Of a stretch of 64,000 nucleotides of DNA, positions 56,358-64,000 are shown in pieces (the stretch's first letter is position 1; each line of letters opens with the position of its first letter). The translations under genes and the position numbers were made by a program. Location of the stretch: the NCBI GenBank assembly GCA_964424195.1, contig CAYRHT010000001.1, positions 70,102 to 134,101 on the forward strand. Reading direction: 5' to 3'. Source of the DNA: an uncultured Gammaproteobacteria bacterium (GTDB taxonomy: Bacteria > Patescibacteriota > Patescibacteriia > UBA1558 > S5-K13). The notes beneath the pieces are model-generated. The model worked only from the letters and a program-made list of their open reading frames with translations, ran no database searches and was not told where the DNA came from.

Positions 56358-56438
56358 TATTTTTTGTTTTTAGGTAGAAATTTGTCAATAATATTTGGAT
56401 TGAGTTTTATATAATTTTAAAAATAAGTTTTAAGTACT

Positions 56439-57137
56439 ATGGTAAAGAAGAAAAAAAATACAAAGAATGGACCATCACTAAAATCATTAATTTTAGTTGT
56501 TGCTTCAGTTTTAGTTATTGTAATATTAGGTATATCAATTATCTATAATATCTATCAACAAGGAATAGTAGGGGAAAAAGAAGAAAAAATTAGCAATCTC
56601 CAAGAAAAGATAGGTGATTTAAATAATCAAGTTGAAGAAATAGAAATAAGTCTTCAAGAGGAAAAAGAAAAAGAGTTAGTGATTGAGAAAATAGAGTATT
56701 CTAATGAAGAATATAATTTTAATTTATCCTTACCGGATAGTTGGTCTAATTATGAAATTGAAAAAAGAACTTTGAAATTTGGAGGGAATGGTAGTGCAGA
56801 TTCTATAGATTTCTATTTTGAAGAAGATAAATTAATATTTAATCTTGGTTTTATTGAAAAAGATAAATGGGATATTGTTAAAGATTTGTCATATTATCAG
56901 GCAAGTAAGATTGGTGAGAATGAGAAGTATGTTTTTGGATATATCGTTCCCAAAAAAGCAGATATTGATTTGGTAGAATCTTTAGAAAGTGAAATTGATA
57001 GTATCAAAGAGAGTTTTCAAGTTACTACTCTTTTAGAAATAGATGATATGGGTGATGATTCTAGTGATGATACTTTTTCTGATGAAGAAGATTTAAATAA
57101 TAATGATTCTTTGGAAGAAGATTCTAGTTTAGAATAA
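56439..57137 (+). CDS. Hypothetical single-TM protein (coiled coil, YSN.EYNF..SLP..W domain, acidic tail)
   Basis: N-terminal TM, coiled coil and Asp/Glu-rich C-terminus. Confidence 0.75.
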   Translation: MVKKKKNTKNGPSLKSLILVVASVLVIVILGISIIYNIYQQGIVGEKEEKISNLQEKIGDLNNQVEEIEISLQEEKEKELVIEKIEYSNEEYNFNLSLPDSWSNYEIEKRTLKFGGNGSADSIDFYFEEDKLIFNLGFIEKDKWDIVKDLSYYQASKIGENEKYVFGYIVPKKADIDLVESLESEIDSIKESFQVTTLLEIDDMGDDSSDDTFSDEEDLNNNDSLEEDSSLE

Positions 57138-57138
57138 T

Positions 57139-58446
57139 ATGAAAGAAAAAAAATACATTGTTAGTTATCAGACAGGAATTAAAATATTTATAGCTCTAGT
57201 TATTGTAGCTATGATGGTATTCAGTACTTTTTATTTAATTCAAAATAAAAAAGATAAAGAATTTCAAAATAGTCGTTTGAGTATTGAAGGCTTTACTAAT
57301 AATCAAGAAGAAAAAGTAGAAATTAATTATTTCTATAAAGTTGGTTGTCATTTTTGTGCTCAAGAGAAGCTATTCTTAGATGAAATGGAAGAGAAGTATC
57401 CAAATTTAGTGATTAATAGGTTTGATGTTTTAAAGGAAAATAAATTATTGAAAGAATATTACCTTAGGTACAATGTTCCCAATAAATATTGGGGAGCAAC
57501 TCCAATTACATTTACAGATGAAGAGTACTTCTTAGGTTTTAATAAGGAAACTACTGGAATTAAAATAGAAAATTGTATTGTTAATTGTTTAGAGAATGTA
57601 AAAACAGACTCAGAAGAAGTTTGTTTAGATTGTATTTCCGAAATAGAGGATTCAGGAATAGGAGAGCGAGATTTAAAAAATGATTTTAAAATACCTTTTA
57701 TTGGTCAAGTAGATATCACTAATTACTCACCATTATTATTAAGTATAGTTGTTGGTGGTTTAGATGGTTTTAATGCTTGTGCTATGGTAGCTCTAGGCTT
57801 TTTATTAGCAGTATTAGTTGCTACTAAGCTTAGGAAAAGAGTATTTTTAATTGGGGGAACATTTATTTTAGTATCTGGTATTGTCTATTTCATATTCATT
57901 TCTACTTGGTTAAATATCTTTATGTTTTTAGGATATTTGAAGATAATTTCCTTAATAGTGTCGGTTATTATTATCTTTTTTGCCCTCTTTTTGTTAAGAG
58001 ATTATTATATGGGAGTAGTATGTAAAGTTTGTGAAGTAGATCCTAATAAGACTAGTATTTTTACTAAGATGCAAAAAAAGTTATTTGTAAAGATGTCTAA
58101 TTTATCTACTGCAGAAATGTCTTTATGGGCAACTCTGGTAGGAGTTTCAGTAGTAGCAGCTGGAATTAATATGGTGGAGTTGGTTTGTTCTTTAGGATTT
58201 CCTTTAGCCTATACTAAGGTTTTAACTTCTTATAATTTACCAACTTGGCAGTATTATTCTTATCTCCTAGTATATGTAATATTCTATATGATTGATGATT
58301 TTATAATCTTTACTATTGCTGTAGTTACTATGAGAATTACTAAAGTCTCGGATAAATATTTGAAGGCAGTTAAATTAATTAGTGGAATTATACTTTTAGC
58401 CCTAGGTTTATTAATGTTATTTAAACCAGAATTATTATCTTTTTAA
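57139..58446 (+). CDS. Thioredoxin/glutaredoxin-like domain fused to a DsbD/CcdA-like membrane domain
   Basis: FY..GCHFC (CxxC) and TP motif; membrane part with GLDGFNACA and VELVCS. Confidence 0.8.
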   Translation: MKEKKYIVSYQTGIKIFIALVIVAMMVFSTFYLIQNKKDKEFQNSRLSIEGFTNNQEEKVEINYFYKVGCHFCAQEKLFLDEMEEKYPNLVINRFDVLKENKLLKEYYLRYNVPNKYWGATPITFTDEEYFLGFNKETTGIKIENCIVNCLENVKTDSEEVCLDCISEIEDSGIGERDLKNDFKIPFIGQVDITNYSPLLLSIVVGGLDGFNACAMVALGFLLAVLVATKLRKRVFLIGGTFILVSGIVYFIFISTWLNIFMFLGYLKIISLIVSVIIIFFALFLLRDYYMGVVCKVCEVDPNKTSIFTKMQKKLFVKMSNLSTAEMSLWATLVGVSVVAAGINMVELVCSLGFPLAYTKVLTSYNLPTWQYYSYLLVYVIFYMIDDFIIFTIAVVTMRITKVSDKYLKAVKLISGIILLALGLLMLFKPELLSF

Positions 58447-58452
58447 AGATCT

Positions 58453-59601
58453 ATGAATTGGAATAAAAAAATATTATTTATATTATTAGGAATCATTTTA
58501 ATGCTTCCTAATTTAGTTTTAGCACAAGAAATAAATCTTTATCAAAATGTAACTCCTAATTCAGAAGATCTTATCTTGGAAGATGATAATTATCAGAATA
58601 ATTCTGAGGTTTTTAGAGCTCAAGTGATTGAGATTTTAGAAGAGATAGAATTTAATGGTCAAAAACAACAGAATCTAAAACTAAGGGGATTATCAGGAAG
58701 TTTTAAAAAACAAGAATTTGAATTTCAAGGAATAGATGATTTTCAAGTTGATTTGACTCAAGAATATAAAACAGGAGATAAGGTAATAATTTCAGTTGAT
58801 AAAAGTTTATTGGGCGAGAATGTTTTTTACATCATTGATTCTGTAAGAAACGGTGCTATTTATCTTTTAATAGTTATTTTTTGTTTATTAATATTATTAA
58901 TTGCTAAGTGGAAAGGTTTGAGGGCTTTAATTAGTTTATTGCTTACTTTTCTAATCATTATCAAGTTCATCTTACCGGGAATTTTGAATGGTTATAATCC
59001 AATATTGATAAGTATTGGTGGTGGATTTTTAATATTGTTATTTATTATCTATATTACTGAAGGAATAAATAAGAAAAGTCATTTAGCAGTTTTAAGTATT
59101 TTTATTAGCTTATCTATTACCGGAGTATTAGCAATAATATTTTCAGATTTAATGAGTTTAAGTGGAATGTCTGAAGATAGTACTTATTTAATAACTCTTC
59201 TAGGTCAGGAAATAAATTTTAAAGGAATTTTACTAGCTAGTGTAATTATTGGTACCTTGGGAGTTTTAGATGATATGGTGATTAGTCAGATTTCAACGGT
59301 TTGGGAAATTAAAAAAGCCAGTCTTAATTTAGATCATCAAGATATTCTTCGGAAAGCATATCGAGTTGGAGTTTCCCATATTAGTTCTATGACTAATACT
59401 TTATTCTTAGCTTATGCTGGTTCTTCTATCACTATTTTGCTACTATTCTCAGTAGGAGGTATGAATTTTAGTGATATCCTAAATAACCATTTAATTGCTA
59501 CTGAAATCTTTAGAAGCTTTATTGGTGCGATTGGAATTGTTTTAGCTATGCCTATTAGTACATTTTTAGCAGTAAAATATTTAAAAAATAAAATAAAATA
59601 A
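58453..59601 (+). CDS. YibE/F family membrane protein
   Basis: KGLRALISL, IGTLGVLDDMVISQ, VG..HI.SM.NTLFLAYAG.S. Confidence 0.9.
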   Translation: MNWNKKILFILLGIILMLPNLVLAQEINLYQNVTPNSEDLILEDDNYQNNSEVFRAQVIEILEEIEFNGQKQQNLKLRGLSGSFKKQEFEFQGIDDFQVDLTQEYKTGDKVIISVDKSLLGENVFYIIDSVRNGAIYLLIVIFCLLILLIAKWKGLRALISLLLTFLIIIKFILPGILNGYNPILISIGGGFLILLFIIYITEGINKKSHLAVLSIFISLSITGVLAIIFSDLMSLSGMSEDSTYLITLLGQEINFKGILLASVIIGTLGVLDDMVISQISTVWEIKKASLNLDHQDILRKAYRVGVSHISSMTNTLFLAYAGSSITILLLFSVGGMNFSDILNNHLIATEIFRSFIGAIGIVLAMPISTFLAVKYLKNKIK

Positions 59602-59605
59602 AATT

Positions 59606-60220
59606 ATGCATAAACACAAAGATCAAAGAGTTGGAGTTTTCGTAGATGTTCAGAATATGTATTATTCTGCTAAGAATCTTTACAATTCCTATGTAAATTT
59701 TGGAAAAGTTTTGGAAGAGGCAGTAGCAGGTCGGAAATTAATTAGAGCTAATGCTTATGTTGTGGAAGCTGGTTTGCCAGATGAGGAAAAGTTTTTTAAA
59801 GCTCTCCAAGAACAAGGTTTTAGAACTGAATCTAAAGAATTACAAATATTTGCTGGTGGCCATAAAAAGGCAGATTGGGATGTTGGTATTTCAGTAGATG
59901 CTATTAAAATGTCTAAGCAATTAGATGTAGTTATTTTAGTAACTGGTGACGGAGATTTCATACCATTAGTTGAATATTTACAATATCATGGAGTATTAGT
60001 AGAAGTAATTGCTTTTGGAAAAACTAGTTCTTCTAAATTGATAGAAAAAGTAGATGATTTTATTGATCTTTCTTCTAATATGAAGAAATTCTTAATTAAA
60101 GCTAGAGAACCAAGAAGAACTCCGGTCAGAAGAACACAAACTAGAAGAACTCCGGTAAGTAGACCAATATCAAGTCGGAGAGTCACTCCAGGAAGAGCTC
60201 CAGCAAGAAGGACAAGATAA
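59606..60220 (+). CDS. NYN/LabA-DUF88 family protein with Arg-rich tail
   Basis: VFVDVQNMY, KKADWDVGI.VD, LVTGDGDF; RRTPV-like repeats at the C-terminus. Confidence 0.92.
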   Translation: MHKHKDQRVGVFVDVQNMYYSAKNLYNSYVNFGKVLEEAVAGRKLIRANAYVVEAGLPDEEKFFKALQEQGFRTESKELQIFAGGHKKADWDVGISVDAIKMSKQLDVVILVTGDGDFIPLVEYLQYHGVLVEVIAFGKTSSSKLIEKVDDFIDLSSNMKKFLIKAREPRRTPVRRTQTRRTPVSRPISSRRVTPGRAPARRTR

Positions 60221-60445
60221 TTTGATATAAAAACTCTTCAGCTATTTTTTATGAAACTAGTATTAATGATTGTTTAAAAAATATTGCTAAGGTTATTAAA
60301 AAAATTGGCAAACATCATAGTAGTGATGTTAAGAAACCTATTGCCGTTAAAATGGTTCAAGATATGTTGGAAGAATTTGAAAAATATCCGGAGTTATTTA
60401 ACATAATTAATGCTATTCTTCCAGAGTAAGATTTAAGTATGAAAC

Positions 60446-60475
60446 AAACAGTTCATCGTTTAATGAGCTGTTTTT
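60446..60475. terminator. Terminator between convergent units
   Basis: AAACAGTTCAT-cgttta-ATGAGCTGTTTTT. Confidence 0.65.
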
Positions 60476-60491
60476 CTTTTAAAGCATTAGT

Positions 60492-61580
60492 TTATAAAAA
60501 GTCTCCACGATAGTTGGGGGCTTTTTTAATTGATTGTAGGTTGTGAGGATGACTTTCTTGTAATCCAGCATTAGAGATTTTAATAAATTCAGCTTTTTTG
60601 TATAATTCTTTGATATCTTTAGCACCACAATAACCTAGTCCTTGTTTTAATCCACCAATTAGTTGGTAGATTATTTTATTTACTGCACCTTTGTAATTAA
60701 CATAAGAAACTACTCCTTCAGCAATCATTTCATTATCAGATTTTTTATCAGATTGTAAATATCTATCTTTAGAACCCATTTTCATAGCATCAATGGATCC
60801 CATACCTCGATAGATCTTCATTTTTTGTTTATCTATAGTGACAATTTTTCCAGGAGACTCATCTGTACCAGCAAAAAGTCCACCCATCATTACTGCTGAA
60901 GCACCAACTGCCAAAGCCTTAACAACATCTCCAGAGTATCTAATTCCACCATCAGCAATAATTGGAGTTTTAGTTTTAGCGGCAGCTTGAACAGCATCCA
61001 TCACAGCAGTTAACTGAGGAACACCAATACCAGCTATAATTCTAGTTGTACAAATTGATCCAGGACCAACTCCTACTTTAACCACATCAGCACCAGCTTT
61101 AATTAAATCTAAAGTTGCTTGGGCAGTAGCGACATTACCACCTACTAAAACTACTTTTTTACCAATTTCTTTCTTTAATATTTTAATTGTTTCAGCTACT
61201 TTATAGTAATGACCATGAGCTACATCAATTACAATTAAATCAACACCAGCTTTAGCTAAGGACTTAGCCCTAGTTATAGCTTTTTCTCCCACGGAAGTAG
61301 AAGCTCCACAGAGTAAGTTTAATTTTTTAACTTTTTTAACTTCAGCTACTTGTTGCTCAATAGTCATATTCTTATGAATAATCCCTAATCCGCCTAATTT
61401 GGCCATAGCAATAGCCATTTTAGATTCAGTAACTGTGTCCATAGCTGCTGAAATTAAAGGAATTTCCAGTTTAATTCTTTTGGTAAGTTCAATTTTAGTA
61501 TTTACTTTTTCTGGTGGATTAAAAGATTTTTGAGGTATTAATAGAACATCATCAAATGTTAAAGATTCTTTTATTTTCAT
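60492..61580 (-). CDS. guaB: IMP dehydrogenase lacking the CBS pair
   Basis: [45 protein letters not shown]; no Bateman insertion. Confidence 0.93.
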   Translation of the reverse strand: MKIKESLTFDDVLLIPQKSFNPPEKVNTKIELTKRIKLEIPLISAAMDTVTESKMAIAMAKLGGLGIIHKNMTIEQQVAEVKKVKKLNLLCGASTSVGEKAITRAKSLAKAGVDLIVIDVAHGHYYKVAETIKILKKEIGKKVVLVGGNVATAQATLDLIKAGADVVKVGVGPGSICTTRIIAGIGVPQLTAVMDAVQAAAKTKTPIIADGGIRYSGDVVKALAVGASAVMMGGLFAGTDESPGKIVTIDKQKMKIYRGMGSIDAMKMGSKDRYLQSDKKSDNEMIAEGVVSYVNYKGAVNKIIYQLIGGLKQGLGYCGAKDIKELYKKAEFIKISNAGLQESHPHNLQSIKKAPNYRGDFL

Positions 61581-61631
61581 AAAGTTATTAGTTTAAAATT
61601 TAAAAGATATGATAATTATAATCTGTAGTTG

Positions 61632-62162
61632 TTATTTTAGCAAATATCCATTTTCTTTCAGCCATTTTCGATGTATTTTGTAATCTGGCATTATCTTAGC
61701 CACTTCATTCCAGAAATTAGAAGAATGATTCTTTTCTTTAATATGACAGAGTTCATGAATTACTACATAATCAATTACTTGGTTTGGAGCTAGAGCTAGT
61801 CTCTGAGGAAAATTTAAATTATTTCTAGCACTACAAGAGCCCCAACGTTTTTGAGCAGAAGTAATTCTAATATTCTGATATTTAAATCCAGAAAGAGAGG
61901 AGTAATATTTAACCCGTTTAGTAATTTTTTCTAAAGCTTGTTCTTTGGTAATTTTGAAAGTTGGAATTTGAGATTTTTTTTGATTTCTAATCTTAATCAA
62001 CTCTTGTTTCTTAGTGATCCAGTTTTGTTTTTGTTTGATAAAGTTTTTAATTAAGAAAAGAGGCATTAATCTTGGTGCTCTGATAATTAAAGAAGCATCA
62101 GAAGATATTTCTAATGCTAGAGTTTTTCTTTTACTTCTTATTATTTTCATGTATTTATTCAA
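61632..62162 (-). CDS. YgjP/DUF45 (SprT-like) zinc metallopeptidase-family protein
   Basis: RSKRKTL, RWGSCS, YVVIHELCH, NHS..FW. Confidence 0.9.
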   Translation of the reverse strand: MNKYMKIIRSKRKTLALEISSDASLIIRAPRLMPLFLIKNFIKQKQNWITKKQELIKIRNQKKSQIPTFKITKEQALEKITKRVKYYSSLSGFKYQNIRITSAQKRWGSCSARNNLNFPQRLALAPNQVIDYVVIHELCHIKEKNHSSNFWNEVAKIMPDYKIHRKWLKENGYLLK

Positions 62163-63333
62163 TCACTACTTTAGTACCAATATCTGTAAACCAATAGAGT
62201 GATTCCATATTATCATAATGAACATTAACACAACCATGGCTCATTTTGTTTCCAAAATTATTATGCCAGTAAGCACCATGGATATAGTAACGATATTGAC
62301 CAGTGTAAAAATGAAGATTCCATCTAGTGTCTGGATAATCAAAATCATATCCAGGACCACCATACCTTTTTGGGTCTTCTTTTCCTAAAATACTAAACTC
62401 ACCCAGAGGAGTATCCATTCCTTTAACACCACTAGAAATTAAGAAACTATCAATTAATTTATTATCAAAATAATATTCTAATCTTTGATTCGCTATATTT
62501 ACTTTAATTAACTTCTCTACTTTGTTCTCTGGATCTGAATTTAAAGGATTGTAACTAGCAGCTACTTCAGTTCCATCTAAGTAAAGATCTCCATCAGAAT
62601 CAGTATTCATCAGATCTGTACCAATTTTTAATTCAAAAAAATCACTTAAATAATCTTGATCAGTATCAACCTCCATTAAACTTTTGTTTGAAAGAGGAGA
62701 TTGTTGGTTGTTTATTTCTTCTCCATCATTCACACCATCCTGGTCAGTATCAGCATTATTTACCTCTGTATGATAGAAGTATTTTTCATCATAATCATTT
62801 AAACCATCAGCATCATAATCATTATTCTTAGTAAAAGGTTCTAGAAATTTAGAATTAGCTAGGATATTTTCTTCAACATTACTAATAGTTGGACCCCAAG
62901 GGTAATTAGAAATGTCAGTAGTTAGAGCTTGATCAGCTGTCAGACCATTAGCTTCTAAGACAACCATATTAGTAAAAACTCTTTTTTGTCCGTTTTCGAT
63001 ATAGAAGATTCCGAGACTATCTTTTTCTTTAACTAAAGCACCGTCAATTAAAATATATTCTAAATTTTCATAATTTTGTGGTCGGTATTTAATGTCTCCT
63101 TGATATTCATATTTCTCTAATTCAGAAGATTCTATATTTTGAACATGATCAAAATTATCAAACCAAGAAAAATATATTTTTTCATGAGAAAAAGAATAGC
63201 TTTGTCGATCAGCAGAGATATAGTAAACAGCGGAAGAATCTTCCGGAGAAACTAATTGTCCTTTAAAACCTTCTTCAGCAGAAGTAAAAAGAGGAATTAG
63301 TAAGATTGTAAATATTAAAAGTGTGTATTTCAT
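62155..63333 (-). CDS. Secreted L,D-transpeptidase (YkuD domain) with TSP3-like repeats
   Basis: Signal peptide; DYDADGLND/DTDQDGVND repeats; ISSG...TP.G, YIHGAYWHNNFG..MSHGCVN. Confidence 0.92.
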   Translation of the reverse strand: MKYTLLIFTILLIPLFTSAEEGFKGQLVSPEDSSAVYYISADRQSYSFSHEKIYFSWFDNFDHVQNIESSELEKYEYQGDIKYRPQNYENLEYILIDGALVKEKDSLGIFYIENGQKRVFTNMVVLEANGLTADQALTTDISNYPWGPTISNVEENILANSKFLEPFTKNNDYDADGLNDYDEKYFYHTEVNNADTDQDGVNDGEEINNQQSPLSNKSLMEVDTDQDYLSDFFELKIGTDLMNTDSDGDLYLDGTEVAASYNPLNSDPENKVEKLIKVNIANQRLEYYFDNKLIDSFLISSGVKGMDTPLGEFSILGKEDPKRYGGPGYDFDYPDTRWNLHFYTGQYRYYIHGAYWHNNFGNKMSHGCVNVHYDNMESLYWFTDIGTKVVIE

Positions 63334-63522
63334 ATATATATTGTATCATATATTTTAAATAAAAAAGTTCCAATAGAGATTAGGACTGAATTTCAATCAT
63401 TTATTATTGAAAACTTAGAATGAACGGTAAATGTTAGATTAAAATTTGTAAATTCTAATCACTGTGTTATAATTTACACGTTTTACAACTTGTGAACATA
63501 TCTGAATAATAATTTTAGAGCA

Positions 63523-64000
63523 ATGATAGTAGATGGTAAAAAAATTGCAGAAAAGATATTTACCAGACTTCAAGGTGAAGTTAGTGTTTTAAAGCAGCAA
63601 GGTATTAACCCCAAATTAGGGGTTTTTTTAATTGGAAATGATCAACCTTCTCATACTTATGTTGGAAAAAAAGGTAAAGCTTGTGAACGAATTGGAGTTG
63701 AATTTTTGTTAAAAAAGTATGAAGAAAGTATTACTGAAGAAGAATTGATAAAAGCTATTGAAGATACTCAGAGGAATGAAAATTTAACAGGTTTGATTGT
63801 TCAACTACCTTTACCGAAACATATTGATGCTAGCCGAGTTATTAAACATATCAAGCCAGAAATAGATGTAGATTGTTTAACTAGTGCTAATCTAGGTAAA
63901 TTAATAACCGGTGACTATTGTATTGAACCACCAACTCCTGGAGCAATTTTAGAGATTTTAAAGAATCACGATATTGAATTAAAAGGTAAGAATGTAGTTT
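63523..64000 (+). CDS. folD: Bifunctional methylenetetrahydrofolate dehydrogenase/cyclohydrolase, 5' part (runs off the window end)
   Basis: Not in the ORF track. ATG at 63523 reads MIVDGKKIAE...P.LGVFLIGND.PS.TYV.KK.KAC..IG...GLIVQLPLP...DVD.L...PPTPGAI. Confidence 0.93.
   Translation, partial: MIVDGKKIAEKIFTRLQGEVSVLKQQGINPKLGVFLIGNDQPSHTYVGKKGKACERIGVEFLLKKYEESITEEELIKAIEDTQRNENLTGLIVQLPLPKHIDASRVIKHIKPEIDVDCLTSANLGKLITGDYCIEPPTPGAILEILKNHDIELKGKNVV

Noticed and set aside
3484-62202. Many short antisense or alternate-frame ORFs in the track (e.g. 3484, 4647, 5187, 10863, 13326, 14850, 20084, 27133, 33501, 42254, 45499, 52521, 59755)
   Set aside because: They lie within well-supported genes, have no motifs and look like shadow ORFs.
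63334-63522. THF riboswitch or other leader upstream of folD
   Set aside because: Only weak AT-rich inverted repeats and a TG-TATAAT box; no recognisable aptamer.
1-64000. Alternative genetic code (TGA = Gly)
   Set aside because: Conserved genes are full length under code 11, and TGA ends genes such as ruvC and gpmI at the expected positions.

Overview
AT-rich bacterial chromosomal window using the standard genetic code (TGA is read as stop). The gene content points, by inference, to a Patescibacteria/CPR (Parcubacteria-like) genome: a tandem array of VirB2/TrbC-type pilins, a giant secreted Cys-rich protein, a VirB6-like protein, tRNA synthetases carrying inserted domains, and few Shine-Dalgarno sites. 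The backbone is housekeeping (smc, rnc, nusB, rpmF, valS, tsaE, tsaD, tig, ruvC, yebC, galU, gmk, leuS, rsmA, efp, rpsR-ssb-rpsF, gpmI, guaB, folD) with three tRNAs (Gly-TCC, Arg-TCG, Lys-CTT). Interspersed are toxin/defence-like modules (AbrB-RelE, a CapRel-like alarmone synthetase, NYN, Fic, AbiEi/AbiEii) and orphan single-gene cassettes. Best leads: (1) whole enzyme domains inserted in frame into ValRS (histidine phosphatase) and LeuRS (Ham1/ITPase-like and serine hydrolase), with a degenerate ValRS editing motif; (2) a NYN nuclease followed by a convergent, promoter-driven, structured ~50-nt RNA; (3) an 8-pilin array with signs of recent sequence exchange, plus a 3189-aa surface protein next to a VirB6-like gene; (4) a tRNA-Gly-anchored islet with a CapRel-like gene preceded by a 92-bp duplication. 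All calls come from reading motifs by eye; no database searches were run.
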